64,000 nt of DNA from Bacteriovoracia bacterium (GCA_050251055.1 JBFWNL010000001.1:491825-555824); one strand, 5' to 3'. Positions 40,432 to 50,683 are shown, numbered from the stretch's first letter. Numbers and translations: made by a program. The notes: a model not told the origin generated them from the sequence alone.

Positions 40432-41016
40432 TTACTCCAAAAAGAAGCGGTCGCAGAGATCCACGAGCGAGTGGACCGCGAAGATATGGGTTTCCTGCAC
40501 GCGGCTGGAGTTCTTGCCCAGCGAGACATTGAGCCAGATGTCGCAAGCGGACTTCAAATCGCCGCCAGCGCCGCCCGTGAGCGCGATGACCTTGCAGCCG
40601 ACTTTCCGAGCCGAGCGCACGGCCGCCAGCACGTTCTTACTGTTGCCCGAAGTCGAGATCGCGAGCAGCGTGTCTTCCGGGCGCGCGAGCGCCTGGACCT
40701 GACGATCGAAGACCTGGTCAAAACCGTAGTCGTTTCCCACCGCCGTCAGATTCGAGGAATCCGTGGTCAGCGCCACCGCCGGGAGCGGGCGGCGCTCGAT
40801 GAGCATGCGCCCCACCATCTCGGCCGCCATATGCTGTGCGTCGGCGGCCGAACCGCCATTCCCGAGGATTAAAATTTTACCTTTGTTTTTAACCGTTTGT
40901 CCGATGAGCCGAGCGGCGTCGATGAGTTTCTCCCCGCACTCTTCCAGGAACTTGCGGTGCGCGGCCTGCGTCTCTTCAGAGGTGAGTTGCAAGTAGTTTC
41001 GGACTTCGGTAGACAT
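40432..41016 (-). CDS. gmhA: D-sedoheptulose-7-phosphate isomerase
   Basis: GNGGSAADAQH, GNDYG, STSGNS, RVQETH. Confidence 0.93.
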   Translation of the reverse strand: MSTEVRNYLQLTSEETQAAHRKFLEECGEKLIDAARLIGQTVKNKGKILILGNGGSAADAQHMAAEMVGRMLIERRPLPAVALTTDSSNLTAVGNDYGFDQVFDRQVQALARPEDTLLAISTSGNSKNVLAAVRSARKVGCKVIALTGGAGGDLKSACDIWLNVSLGKNSSRVQETHIFAVHSLVDLCDRFFLE

Positions 41017-41093
41017 GGTAGACTATCTTGTAGTGCAAAACTGGGGCTTTTCCCAGAGTAATATCAAGCAATTTCAAGCAAATGGAGACTCTC

Positions 41094-41426
41094 ATGGCCT
41101 CTCAAAACGTAATGCAAGCCACCGACACCAACTTTGATTCCGACGTCATGAAAACCGGCCAAATCTCCCTCGTCGATTTCTGGGCGGAGTGGTGCGGACC
41201 CTGCCGCATGCTCGCCCCCACCATCGACGCCCTGGCGAACGACTTCGCCGGCAAGGTGAAGGTTTATAAAATGAACGTCGACGAAAACCCTGAAACGCCG
41301 TCGAAGTTCGGTATTCGCGGCATCCCCACCGTTATCCTCTTCAAGGACGGCAAGATGGTGGATCAGATCGTCGGCAACCAGCCGAAAGATGCGTTCGTCC
41401 AGGCGATCCAGCGCCAAATGTCCTGA
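41094..41426 (+). CDS. trxA: Thioredoxin
   Basis: WCGPC active site, GIPT. Confidence 0.95.
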   Translation: MASQNVMQATDTNFDSDVMKTGQISLVDFWAEWCGPCRMLAPTIDALANDFAGKVKVYKMNVDENPETPSKFGIRGIPTVILFKDGKMVDQIVGNQPKDAFVQAIQRQMS

Positions 41427-41444
41427 TTCGCCACGGAGGCGGGG

Positions 41445-42215
41445 CTAGTTCGAGTTTTCTACAGCTCTCTTTAGGCAGCTCAGCTGATCGTTGGCGTTAC
41501 TGACCGCAAGGCAGGGGCCAAGCATCATCTTCAAATCGCGACTTCCCCAGGTCCGGATCAAATCAGCGAGACAGGTATTCTTGCCACTCGTGGTCCGTAA
41601 GGTATCGCAAAGGGGACCCGCGAATTCCGCGAGTCCCTCACTTTTGAAGACGGTGTCGTACCCCTTGGCATAGCAAGCCGCATTGCCGGAGATGGATCCG
41701 GCCGCCCAACTCTCGCACTTGGAGGAAAAATAATCCACGGTCACGCGAACATCGGCCAGCTGTTGCAGGCAGGATGCGTCCAAGGCGGCAAGCGAAAACG
41801 GGACATTCATCAGCGGCTTCCCCTGATAAGCGGGCGTGCCTTTCGAGGCTCCCCAGGTTGCTACAAGCGACTGATAGCAAGCCAGCTGATAAGTCGCGCT
41901 CCCGCCCAACGTCCCAGAGACTCCCGTCGCCAACTCAAGCAGATTTTCTTCGTTAAAAATCGCCTGAAAGCCGCGCTTTTGACAAGCCAGTTGGTAACTG
42001 GCACTCGCCCATTCGCGGCACTTATCCTGAAAGAAAGCGGCCGTATGCTGAATCAGATCGAGCTTGCTTCGACAAGCCGGGCTCAACCCCGTGTAGTCAA
42101 ACGGCGGGCTCAGCCGGTTACCCGCGGGCAGCTGACTCGCCTGTGCGCCCGAGAATACGCCCACGGCCAGCGCGGCGAGGAGGAGAGTGACCCAAAATCG
42201 GAAGAAGGCAACCAT
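41445..42215 (-). CDS. Secreted Cys-repeat hypothetical protein with an internal duplication
   Basis: Signal peptide; two ~80-aa similar halves, each ending TWG. Confidence 0.7.
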   Translation of the reverse strand: MVAFFRFWVTLLLAALAVGVFSGAQASQLPAGNRLSPPFDYTGLSPACRSKLDLIQHTAAFFQDKCREWASASYQLACQKRGFQAIFNEENLLELATGVSGTLGGSATYQLACYQSLVATWGASKGTPAYQGKPLMNVPFSLAALDASCLQQLADVRVTVDYFSSKCESWAAGSISGNAACYAKGYDTVFKSEGLAEFAGPLCDTLRTTSGKNTCLADLIRTWGSRDLKMMLGPCLAVSNANDQLSCLKRAVENSN

Positions 42216-42794
42216 CTAAATCGAATCCTTGAGAGCTTGTTTCAAACAAGCCAACTGGGAGTACTGATCGGTGCCGGCCATACAAGCGCGCTTCGTGACC
42301 TTCAAGCCGCGCTCCCCTAAGTCATCGATCAGCTTCGCCACGCACGGTACCGCGAACTGCGGGGTGTTTTCGAAGGGCTCGCACGCCACGAATGCGTAAT
42401 CATAAAGCGTCTGTCCGGACGTAATCGCGGTGATCCCCTTAGTAAGGCAAGGGGCGATGTAGCTGTACCAATCCTTCGGGGTGGGGACGGCACTGCATGC
42501 GCTTGCGATGGCACTGAGCTCTTTAATGAATCCAGCGGTCAATCCGACGGCATTTACATGGTCGCTCGTGATCAGGTAAATGCCTTTAGAAATGCAAGGC
42601 GCTACAAACTGATAGTTTTGGTCAGCGTTTGGAATTGCGTTGCAGGCGGCGATCACTAAATTCAGGCTTTTCTTCGCCGCAGCCAGCTCGTTCGCGTCTT
42701 CTGCATTGTCAAAACCCAAAGCCAAACCAGGCCCGCCTGAAACGACCACCAGCAGTGCCAGCCAAAAAAGTCGAACGAAAGAATCCCGAATCAT
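42216..42794 (-). CDS. Secreted Cys-repeat hypothetical protein
   Basis: Signal peptide; repeats AC..(A)PC..KGI..ITS; GAGGAGG RBS. Confidence 0.7.
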   Translation of the reverse strand: MIRDSFVRLFWLALLVVVSGGPGLALGFDNAEDANELAAAKKSLNLVIAACNAIPNADQNYQFVAPCISKGIYLITSDHVNAVGLTAGFIKELSAIASACSAVPTPKDWYSYIAPCLTKGITAITSGQTLYDYAFVACEPFENTPQFAVPCVAKLIDDLGERGLKVTKRACMAGTDQYSQLACLKQALKDSI

Positions 42795-42998
42795 CTCCGC
42801 CTCCTCACTTAAATGATACGCATAGCGTCATATTCGATTTAGACGCATATAGTCAACCCAGAATCCCCAACGGAAAAGCAAAATCCCTCCTTGGCATCCC
42901 TGGCAAATTTCAGAAACCTTTTGACCACTTGCAAGAATCCGGTATCCTTAAACAAAGGTCGTTTATAGCTGTTTTCGCCCTCGGGAGGGGCCCACACC

Positions 42999-43697
42999 AT
43001 GGGACAAGAAGTCGCCAACACTGCCATTCAAAGCGGAAGCTTTCTGACCGGATTCATCAAAGCATTCAAGGACGCCGTCGACGCCGGGGAACCGTGGCTG
43101 TTCTTCATCGCGATCGCCTTCGCCTTCGCGGTGGGCTTTGCGCTCGAGCGTTTCTGGCGCCTGTTTTTCCAATTAAATATCGATGGCCAGTCGTTCATGT
43201 TCGACGTGCAAAAGCACATCCTGGCCAACGACATTGAGGGCGCGATCCGCGTCTGCAACGGGGCGAGCGCCGCGGCATTGCCGAAAGTCATCAAGGCCGG
43301 CCTACAGCGCGCCTCCCGCACCGATGAACAAATTCAAAACGCCATCGATGCGGTCAGTCTCGAGATGATTCCCAAACTCGAAAAGCGCCTAGGCTACCTC
43401 GCGTTGATCGCGAACGTCGCTACCCTCTTGGGCCTCTTAGGCACGATCGCGGGTCTGATCAAATCGTTTAACGCCATCGGTGAAGCCAAGGACGCCATCC
43501 AGCGGCAGGCACTGCTGGGCCAGGGGATCGCCGAAGCCATGAACGCGACGGCCTTCGGTTTGATCACCGCCATCTTCGCGATGATCGCCCATAGCATCCT
43601 CACGAACAAGGCGACGAAGATCCTCGAGGAAATCGACGAGTTCGGCGTGAAGCTCATGGACCTACTGTCGGCCCGCAAGAACAAAGCGGAGAGCTGA
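42999..43697 (+). CDS. MotA/TolQ/ExbB proton channel (AglR-like)
   Basis: ATLLGLLGTIAGLI, GIAEAMNATAFGL. Confidence 0.9.
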   Translation: MGQEVANTAIQSGSFLTGFIKAFKDAVDAGEPWLFFIAIAFAFAVGFALERFWRLFFQLNIDGQSFMFDVQKHILANDIEGAIRVCNGASAAALPKVIKAGLQRASRTDEQIQNAIDAVSLEMIPKLEKRLGYLALIANVATLLGLLGTIAGLIKSFNAIGEAKDAIQRQALLGQGIAEAMNATAFGLITAIFAMIAHSILTNKATKILEEIDEFGVKLMDLLSARKNKAES

Positions 43698-43700
43698 TCG

Positions 43701-44246
43701 TTGTTTAAGCGCCCAACTTCCCGCCGCAAGACCAAGAAAGGCCCGGTGACGCTCAACCTGGTGCCGATGCTCGACGCGCTCATCACGTTGATCGCGTTCC
43801 TGCTTTACACTATGTCGTTCCTGGTCTTAGTGAGCATCGAGTCGCCCGTGCCGTTTGCCAGCACGAAATCGGTGGAAGAGAAGTTACGGGAAAAGCCCCT
43901 GCAGCTCACCCTCAGCATCATGGCTAACGAGGTGCAGATCTGGAGTCCCTTCGATCGCATCCCCGTGAAAACGATCCCGAACCAGGGCGGCGGCCAACCC
44001 AATTACAACGAGATCCACAACTCGCTCGTGGGGGTGAAACAACAGTTCCCGCACGAGAACCAGATCGTCTTCGTCCCGCAGCCGGGCTCGAACTACGATA
44101 TCCTGGTGCAGCTGATGGACATCTCACGACTGCTCGACGCGGGTGATCCGCCGATCTTCCTCAAGGGCAAGGACGGCCATCCCGATCAACCCGTGACCAA
44201 GCTCTTCGACAAGATCATCTTCGGCAACCTCCTGGGGGACAACTAA
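43701..44246 (+). CDS. ExbD/TolR family protein (AglQ-like)
   Basis: LNLVPMLD TM with the conserved Asp; YDILVQLMD. Confidence 0.85.
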   Translation: MFKRPTSRRKTKKGPVTLNLVPMLDALITLIAFLLYTMSFLVLVSIESPVPFASTKSVEEKLREKPLQLTLSIMANEVQIWSPFDRIPVKTIPNQGGGQPNYNEIHNSLVGVKQQFPHENQIVFVPQPGSNYDILVQLMDISRLLDAGDPPIFLKGKDGHPDQPVTKLFDKIIFGNLLGDN

Positions 44247-44247
44247 G

Positions 44248-44832
44248 ATGCCTCGCCGCTTAAGCATCCGTGACCGCCGCGGCCGCAAGAATCTATCCCA
44301 AGAGTTCGATCTCCAGCTCACGAGCTTGCTCGACGTGATGGTCATCATCCTGGTGTTCATGCTCAAGAGCGCGACGGTCAGCACCAACACGTTCCTCACC
44401 GCGCCAGGCGTACAACTTCCGATTTCCGGTTCGCAGGACTTTCCGGCGGAGAGCGTGCATCTGATCGTCACCCCCGAAGCCATCCTGTTTGAAAACGCTC
44501 GCGTCGTGGACTTCGCGCAGAGCGCGGACGCCGTAGCCGACCAAGCGAAGGCCTCCCAGTATAAGTTCCAGAGCAAGGACCTCGATGAAGGCGGCAAACG
44601 CATCCTGCCTTTGTATGATGCGCTCCTAAAGGCTAAGGAAAAAGACGAGTTTCTTCGCACGAAGTCGCGCGCGCGCGACGAACAAGGCAACCCCCTACCC
44701 TTCGAAGGGGTGCTCGCCATCCAGGCCGATAAGCACGTGAACTACGAAGTGCTCCGCAAGGTGATGTACACGGCGGCCTCCGCCGGCTACAAGGTCTTCA
44801 ATTTCCTTGCGATGAATCGCGACCGACGCTAA
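44248..44832 (+). CDS. ExbD/TolR family protein (AglS-like)
   Basis: LQLTSLLDVMVIILVFMLKS; IQADK..Y..LRKVMYT. Confidence 0.85.
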   Translation: MPRRLSIRDRRGRKNLSQEFDLQLTSLLDVMVIILVFMLKSATVSTNTFLTAPGVQLPISGSQDFPAESVHLIVTPEAILFENARVVDFAQSADAVADQAKASQYKFQSKDLDEGGKRILPLYDALLKAKEKDEFLRTKSRARDEQGNPLPFEGVLAIQADKHVNYEVLRKVMYTAASAGYKVFNFLAMNRDRR

Positions 44833-44842
44833 ACCTGTCCCC

Positions 44843-46657
44843 ATGGAGCGTTTTGCCAGGAAAGCCGCGACATTACTGAATCGCTTGCCCGAGTTAACCA
44901 ACGCTTTGGGCGCTCCCGTCGAGGCCTCCCAGCTCGAAATCCCCGCCGATCGCACGCTAGGTGACTTCGCGTTCCCATGTTTCCGCCTGGCAAAATCCAT
45001 GGGCAAAGCTCCGCCCCAAATCGCCAAAGACTTGGTCGCGAAGCTCCCGCCGGAGGCGGATGGCCTGCGCGTGGTGGCGACCGGCCCTTACATCAATTTT
45101 CAGATTTTGGATTCCGCGACCCTGGGCGCCCTATTGCAGGACATCTTGGCCGGCCCGGGCGTGGGAACCTATGGTCAGGTCGCGGCGAACTCGCGGCTGA
45201 CCTGGGTGCTCGAATACAGCTCCCCCAACCTTGCCAAGCATTTTCAGATTTACCACCTGCGCCCAACCGCGCTCGGCGCGGCGCTCGATCGCATTGGCCG
45301 TTATCGCGGCCATAAGATGATTACGGTGAATCACCTGGGCGACTGGGGCACGCAGTGGGGCAAGCTCGCCATCGCGTACGACATGTTCAAGGCGGAGCTC
45401 CCCGCGCAGCCCTCCATTGGCGAATTGGTCGACATCTACGTGAAGTTCCACGCGGCGGCCGAAAAAGATCCGACCCTGGAGGATCGCGCGCGCGAGGCCT
45501 CGCTGAAGCTCGAGCAAGGCGATCCCAAGATGGTCGCGCTCTGGAAACAAGTCGTGGACGTTTCGCTCGCGCAGTTCCAGCGTATCTACGGGCGGCTGGG
45601 TATCCGCTTCGACCATTACTGGGGCGAGAGTCATTATAAGGATATGACCGGCCCCCTGATTGAGGACTGGAAAAAGCGCGGGATCTTGGTGCAAAGCGAG
45701 GGCGCCTGGGTCGTCCCGGTGACCGACGAAAAAGGCAAGGAGCTGCCTCCCTGCATCCTGCAGCGAAGCGATGGCGCGACGATCTATGCCACGCGTGACG
45801 TCGCCGCCGCGATCTACCGCCACGACCAATTCAAATTCGACCGCATGAGCTACATCGTGGGCTCGGAGCAGAAGCTTCACTTCCAGCAGTTTTTCCAAGC
45901 CCTGAAGAAAGCCGGCCACGCCTGGGTCGACCGCTGCGAGCACATCCCTACCGGCATTTACCGTTTCAAAGACGCCAAGATGTCCACCCGCAAGGGCAAC
46001 TTCGTGACATTGGAAGATGTGCTGGATCTTGCAAACGAGCGCGCGCGCGAGCTCATGAGCAGACGCCATGCCGAACAAGCCGCCAAGGCCGCGGCTTCCG
46101 GGGATGAGAGCGCGGCGGCTTCGGTCGGCGGCGCCAACCCCCAGGACAAGGATTTTTCCCAGATCGCCGAACAGGTGGGTACCGGCGCGGTCGTGTTCTC
46201 TGATCTCAGCACCGATCCCGCGCGCGACGTGATGTTCGAGCTCGAGCGCGTGGTCGACTTCGAGGGCGAGACCGGGCCTTATCTTCAATACGCGCACACG
46301 CGGTGCCTGAGCATCATCCGTAAAGCGCGCGAGCGCGGCGAGCTCAAGACCGAGATGCCGGTGTTCACGGCCGAAGCGGCGGCGCGCCTGACCGCCCCCC
46401 AGGAGGTTCACCTGCTGAAGACTCTCGGACAATTCCCGTTGCAGCTAGAGCGCACGCTCGAGATGCGCAAGGCAAGCCAGCTCTCCCACTTCCTCATCGA
46501 CGTCACGAAAGACTTCGGCGCGTTTTACCGCGAATGCCGCGTGCTGGGCGAAGCGCCCGCGACGACCGAGGCCCGCCTACTCTTGGTCGAGGCTACCCGC
46601 CGCGTGCTCGCCCAGGGGTTGCGGCTGCTCGGAATCCCCATGCCGGCCCGCATGTAG
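44843..46657 (+). CDS. argS: Arginine-tRNA ligase
   Basis: EYSSPN, NHLGDWGTQWG, KMSTRKG, GPYLQYAHTR, C-terminal RM. Confidence 0.95.
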   Translation: MERFARKAATLLNRLPELTNALGAPVEASQLEIPADRTLGDFAFPCFRLAKSMGKAPPQIAKDLVAKLPPEADGLRVVATGPYINFQILDSATLGALLQDILAGPGVGTYGQVAANSRLTWVLEYSSPNLAKHFQIYHLRPTALGAALDRIGRYRGHKMITVNHLGDWGTQWGKLAIAYDMFKAELPAQPSIGELVDIYVKFHAAAEKDPTLEDRAREASLKLEQGDPKMVALWKQVVDVSLAQFQRIYGRLGIRFDHYWGESHYKDMTGPLIEDWKKRGILVQSEGAWVVPVTDEKGKELPPCILQRSDGATIYATRDVAAAIYRHDQFKFDRMSYIVGSEQKLHFQQFFQALKKAGHAWVDRCEHIPTGIYRFKDAKMSTRKGNFVTLEDVLDLANERARELMSRRHAEQAAKAAASGDESAAASVGGANPQDKDFSQIAEQVGTGAVVFSDLSTDPARDVMFELERVVDFEGETGPYLQYAHTRCLSIIRKARERGELKTEMPVFTAEAAARLTAPQEVHLLKTLGQFPLQLERTLEMRKASQLSHFLIDVTKDFGAFYRECRVLGEAPATTEARLLLVEATRRVLAQGLRLLGIPMPARM

Positions 46658-46667
46658 CCCTTTTCCC

Positions 46668-46735
46668 TGTTTTAACATATTAAAATTATTATATAATTAA
46701 TAATACTTGATATTGTTAATAAACACTGCGAGAAT
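46668..46735. promoter_or_regulatory. Very AT-rich intergenic tract upstream of the lipoprotein gene
   Basis: ttaacatattaaaattattatataattaataatacttgatattgttaataaac in a GC-rich background; contains TATAAT. Confidence 0.4.
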
Positions 46736-46755
46736 TACAACTCGGGGTGCTATAA

Positions 46756-48144
46756 ATGAAACCATCCTTTGCCCGCACCATTACACTCCTCACCCTCGTC
46801 GCCGGCTCTGCCGCCTCCCTTTCGGCCTGCAGCGGCACCCAGGATCAATTCTTCGCACCCCTCCCCGGCCGCGGGCCTCGCGGCAATAACCCCGTCAGTG
46901 AAACGTTACGCAGCATCAAACCCGCGCTCGCCGTGCGCGGAATTTCCTGCCTGATGTGCCACGCGACCATCCAGTCCGATGTCATTACCGACTTCGGCGC
47001 GGGCGATCCGTGGTTCATGGGCGCGCATAGCTACGGTCTGGGCGCGGATTTTTACGGCAATCCTTATGATGGCTGGGCATCGTTAGGCGCCAGCAACCCA
47101 AACTACACCGCGGGCAGCCGCAATCCGGCAATGGCCAACACCGTCAACGGCAGCATCATCGTCCCCCGGGTCGAAATCAATCAAGCCGCCGTATTGTCCT
47201 CGATGACTCCGCCGGGTGGCCCGGCGCCGACGCCCCTTTGGTTGCGCGACTTCATGATGAACGACTACTACGCGCCCAACTACGGCGCCGCCACCCCGGC
47301 CCTTCGCCCGGCGATGGCGGCGGTAGCGACTCCTGCATCCGGCCGGGACGCCGTGATTGAAAAAGACACGATGTACATTGGCGCGCCTACGCGAGCGGAA
47401 ATCCTGGCACTGGCGCCCAAGCTGGATAGCGCTGAGACCACGCCGGCGTACGCATTCGAGCCTAACTCTGAAACTTCGCCCGAACTCAGCGGCCTGGAGA
47501 TTACCGGCAACGTAAACGCACAGTACCTGCGGAACCAGGCTGGCACTCACCTTGTCTGTCACGGCGATCTCGTCGTGCGCGGCACGGTGTTCCTAAAAAA
47601 TGCGGTCGTCGAAACCGACGCCGATGGCTGCCGGCTCTACGCCACGGACTCGGTCTTCATCCAAGGTCCGATCACCTACGAGGGCCCCGCCACCGCGAAT
47701 CTCCAGATTTCCAGCGCACGCGCCATCGTCGCGGGCTTCAGCCTCGCCAGCCTAAACGTACGCCTCGTTACCTACCCGTTCGCCCACATGCCGCCTACGC
47801 GCGGGCCGGGGAGCATCGCCGATAAATCAAACGCCATCCTGGCCGACGCCCAGAAAATCGGCGCGGACCTGAAAGACGCGGCCGACGCGGGCCAAGCTTA
47901 TCCTTATACGACCTATACGGACCCGGCCGGTGGCGTACGGACCCGCGTGGCCTTGGGCTTTGAGCATGTCATCTTCAATGCCCCGCAGGTGCACGGACGC
48001 TACTACGGCCCTATCCATGGCGTGATTATCGCCGAAATCGCGCTCTTTGCCGTGGGCGAGCTCCAGTTCCAGTACGACTCCATCTTCAACGAAGTGCCCG
48101 CGTTTCCGCTCTTACAGACCGGAATTCTTGAAGTCTCTCCGTAA
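46756..48144 (+). CDS. Hypothetical lipoprotein with a CxxCH motif and beta-solenoid-like C-terminus
   Basis: Lipobox LSAC; CLMCH; C-terminal short strands ending GVIIAE...FQYD. Confidence 0.7.
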   Translation: MKPSFARTITLLTLVAGSAASLSACSGTQDQFFAPLPGRGPRGNNPVSETLRSIKPALAVRGISCLMCHATIQSDVITDFGAGDPWFMGAHSYGLGADFYGNPYDGWASLGASNPNYTAGSRNPAMANTVNGSIIVPRVEINQAAVLSSMTPPGGPAPTPLWLRDFMMNDYYAPNYGAATPALRPAMAAVATPASGRDAVIEKDTMYIGAPTRAEILALAPKLDSAETTPAYAFEPNSETSPELSGLEITGNVNAQYLRNQAGTHLVCHGDLVVRGTVFLKNAVVETDADGCRLYATDSVFIQGPITYEGPATANLQISSARAIVAGFSLASLNVRLVTYPFAHMPPTRGPGSIADKSNAILADAQKIGADLKDAADAGQAYPYTTYTDPAGGVRTRVALGFEHVIFNAPQVHGRYYGPIHGVIIAEIALFAVGELQFQYDSIFNEVPAFPLLQTGILEVSP

Positions 48145-48158
48145 GCAGAGGGAAGGCT

Positions 48159-49877
48159 TCAGGCCCGCACCGAAATAAGCTTGAATTGATCGACGTCCAC
48201 TAGTCCGCGATCGGTAAGCTTCAGCGAAGGGATAACAGGCAAGGACAGAAACGCCAACTGCAAGAAGGGCTCGACGAGTTCACACCCAATTGCCCTGGAG
48301 GCGGCCTTCAAATCCACGAGGCTATGCTTCAGCTCCGCGGGCGTCCTCTCCGACATGAGCCCGCCAAATGGCAGCGGCAACCGGGAAAGCACTTCCTGGT
48401 CGCGAGCCACGCAAAAACCTCCGCCACTCTCGATGAGGGCCGCGAGCGCGGTTCGCATGCTCTCCAGCTTATCCCCCACCACGATGAGATTGTGGCTGTC
48501 GTGTCCTACGCTCGAAGCAATCGCCCCCCGAAGGCTTCCACCAAAACCACGGACGTAGGCGTTGGCGGGCCGGCGTCCATGTCCGTAACGCTCGAGCACC
48601 GAAATACGCGCAACCCCACTCGCGTCATGCGCATCCACCGAACGCTCGGTGATGATCTTGCCGGCAAGGACTTCCATCACGTGCACTTGCCCTGCAGGTC
48701 CTTCAAGATCACGCGCGTGGGGAGTCCTGGCTCGTAAGGTGTTACGAAGATCAGCCTTTACGGCTTGGGCCCGGGGGATCTCGGAGGCGAGTCGGCCCGA
48801 CTTGAACGCCTCCGCGACCGCGCAGGATTTAAGGTCGGAGAGCAAAATAAAGTCCGCGCCATAACCCGGCGCGATCGCGCCAATGCGCTCACGATTCGGC
48901 GCCACGCGATCAAGCCCGTAGTGACGCGCGACCGTCCAGGAAGCGCTTCGATACGTAACCTCCGGCGCGACCCCCAGCCGCATCGCCTTGCGCACGAGGT
49001 GATCAACGTGACCCTCCTCGGCGATATCCAAGGGATTGCGATCATCGGTGCAAAACCCTACCGAGGAGGACGATCCCAGATCCAAAACCGGCAGCAAGGC
49101 CTCCAGATCCTTGGCCACGCTACCCTCTCGGATCCAGACTGAAATTCCTTTCGTCAGTTTTTCGCGCGCTTCTTCTAGCTCTGAACTTTCGTGGCAGCTC
49201 GTAATCCCCGACGCCGCGTACGCGGAAAGCGCTTGGCCGCGCAAGAGAGGACTATGACCATCGATTGGGCGACCGGAAAAGCCCACGAGCTTCGCCAAGA
49301 TCTTCGGATCCGCCGCGAGCACGCCCGGTATGTTCATCATTTCGGCCAGACCCAACGCGCGTGGATGCCGCCCCAGTTTCGTAAGCGCGGTCGCTTCGAT
49401 CGCTCCTCCCCCATTTGTTTCCAAATGGGTGGCGGGTACGCAGGAACTCATCATCACCCACAAATCCATCGTCAAACGGTCCGCCGAATCGAGAAAATAC
49501 TGAATCCCCTTGGGTCCCACGACATTCGCCAGCTCGTGGGGGTCGCAGATCGCGGTGGTCGTGCCCTTCGGCAGTACCGCCGCCTCGAAATAAGGTGGAA
49601 GCATCAGAGAGCTCTCTAGATGCACGTGCGCGTCGATAAACCCCGGGACGACCCACTTCCCACGTCCCTCAATCGTACGCTTCGCTTTAAGCCCAGGCTC
49701 TAACCCCACGATCACGCCATCCTTGACGGCGATATCACCACGCCGGAAGCGGGCGGAAAAGACATCGAGATACTGCACGTCCCGGATGAGTAGGTCGCAA
49801 GGCACGCGACCCTGCGCGGCTTCGAGCCGACGCCGGAGCTTTTTCCGAAAGTGGGACGACGATTGTTTCGCGGACAT
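48159..49877 (-). CDS. ade: Adenine deaminase
   Basis: PGFIDAHVHLESS, DPHE, AEMMN, IREGS, CTDD, HDSHN. Confidence 0.94.
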   Translation of the reverse strand: MSAKQSSSHFRKKLRRRLEAAQGRVPCDLLIRDVQYLDVFSARFRRGDIAVKDGVIVGLEPGLKAKRTIEGRGKWVVPGFIDAHVHLESSLMLPPYFEAAVLPKGTTTAICDPHELANVVGPKGIQYFLDSADRLTMDLWVMMSSCVPATHLETNGGGAIEATALTKLGRHPRALGLAEMMNIPGVLAADPKILAKLVGFSGRPIDGHSPLLRGQALSAYAASGITSCHESSELEEAREKLTKGISVWIREGSVAKDLEALLPVLDLGSSSSVGFCTDDRNPLDIAEEGHVDHLVRKAMRLGVAPEVTYRSASWTVARHYGLDRVAPNRERIGAIAPGYGADFILLSDLKSCAVAEAFKSGRLASEIPRAQAVKADLRNTLRARTPHARDLEGPAGQVHVMEVLAGKIITERSVDAHDASGVARISVLERYGHGRRPANAYVRGFGGSLRGAIASSVGHDSHNLIVVGDKLESMRTALAALIESGGGFCVARDQEVLSRLPLPFGGLMSERTPAELKHSLVDLKAASRAIGCELVEPFLQLAFLSLPVIPSLKLTDRGLVDVDQFKLISVRA

Positions 49878-49913
49878 AAAACCTCTAATACCGCCGGGGT
49901 CGCCGCCCCGCGG

Positions 49914-50683
49914 TTACATCGCGCCTTCGCTGCGCTTTTCTTCGGAAGGCTGCGCGAGCGCGCGCAGGTACTCGAGCTTCATGCGCGCGATGTGCTCGAG
50001 CGAAATCTGCTTCGGGCACGCGGCTTCGCAGTCACCGATATTCGTGCAGTGGCCAAAGCCTTCCTTGTCCATCTGCTCGACCATGCGACGCACCCGGCGT
50101 ACCCGCTCGATACGGCCTTGGGGCAGGAGCACCATTTGGGAAATCTTCGCGGCCGTGAAAAGTGACGCCGAAGCATTGGGGCACGCGGCCACGCAAGCGC
50201 CGCAGCCAATGCAAGCGGCGGCGTCCATGGCTTTGTCCGCCTCCACCTTGCCGATCAAATTGGCGTTCGCGTCCGGATGCGGACCGCTTTTGGTCGATAC
50301 ATAGCCGCCGGCGGCGATGATATTGTCGAATGCCGCGCGATCAACCACGAGATCCTTCACGACGGGAAAGGCGCGCGCGCGCCACGGTTCGATCGTGATG
50401 ACGTCGCCGTCTTTAAACGAGCGCATATGCAGCTGGCAAGTCGCGCACCCCAGTTGGGGCCCGTGCGGCTGCCCGTTGATCACCAAGCTGCACATGCCGC
50501 AGATACCCTCGCGGCAGTCGCTGTCAAACTCCACCGGCTCTTGCCCGGCCTTGATGAGATTTTCGTTCAGCAGATCGAGCATCTCGAGAAACGACATGTC
50601 GGCGCTGACGCCCTTCATGTCGTAAGTCTCCATCTTGCCTACGCGATCCGAGCCCGCTTGTCGCCAAATCTTGAGGGTAAGGT

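Noticed and set aside
39968-40546. Apparent ~190-aa N-terminal extension of PolA
   Set aside because: Overlaps the RDD gene in another frame; true start is ATG 39967.
41064-41081. TCAAGCAA direct repeat between gmhA and trxA
   Set aside because: Only two 8-mers; could be a regulator box but has no independent support.
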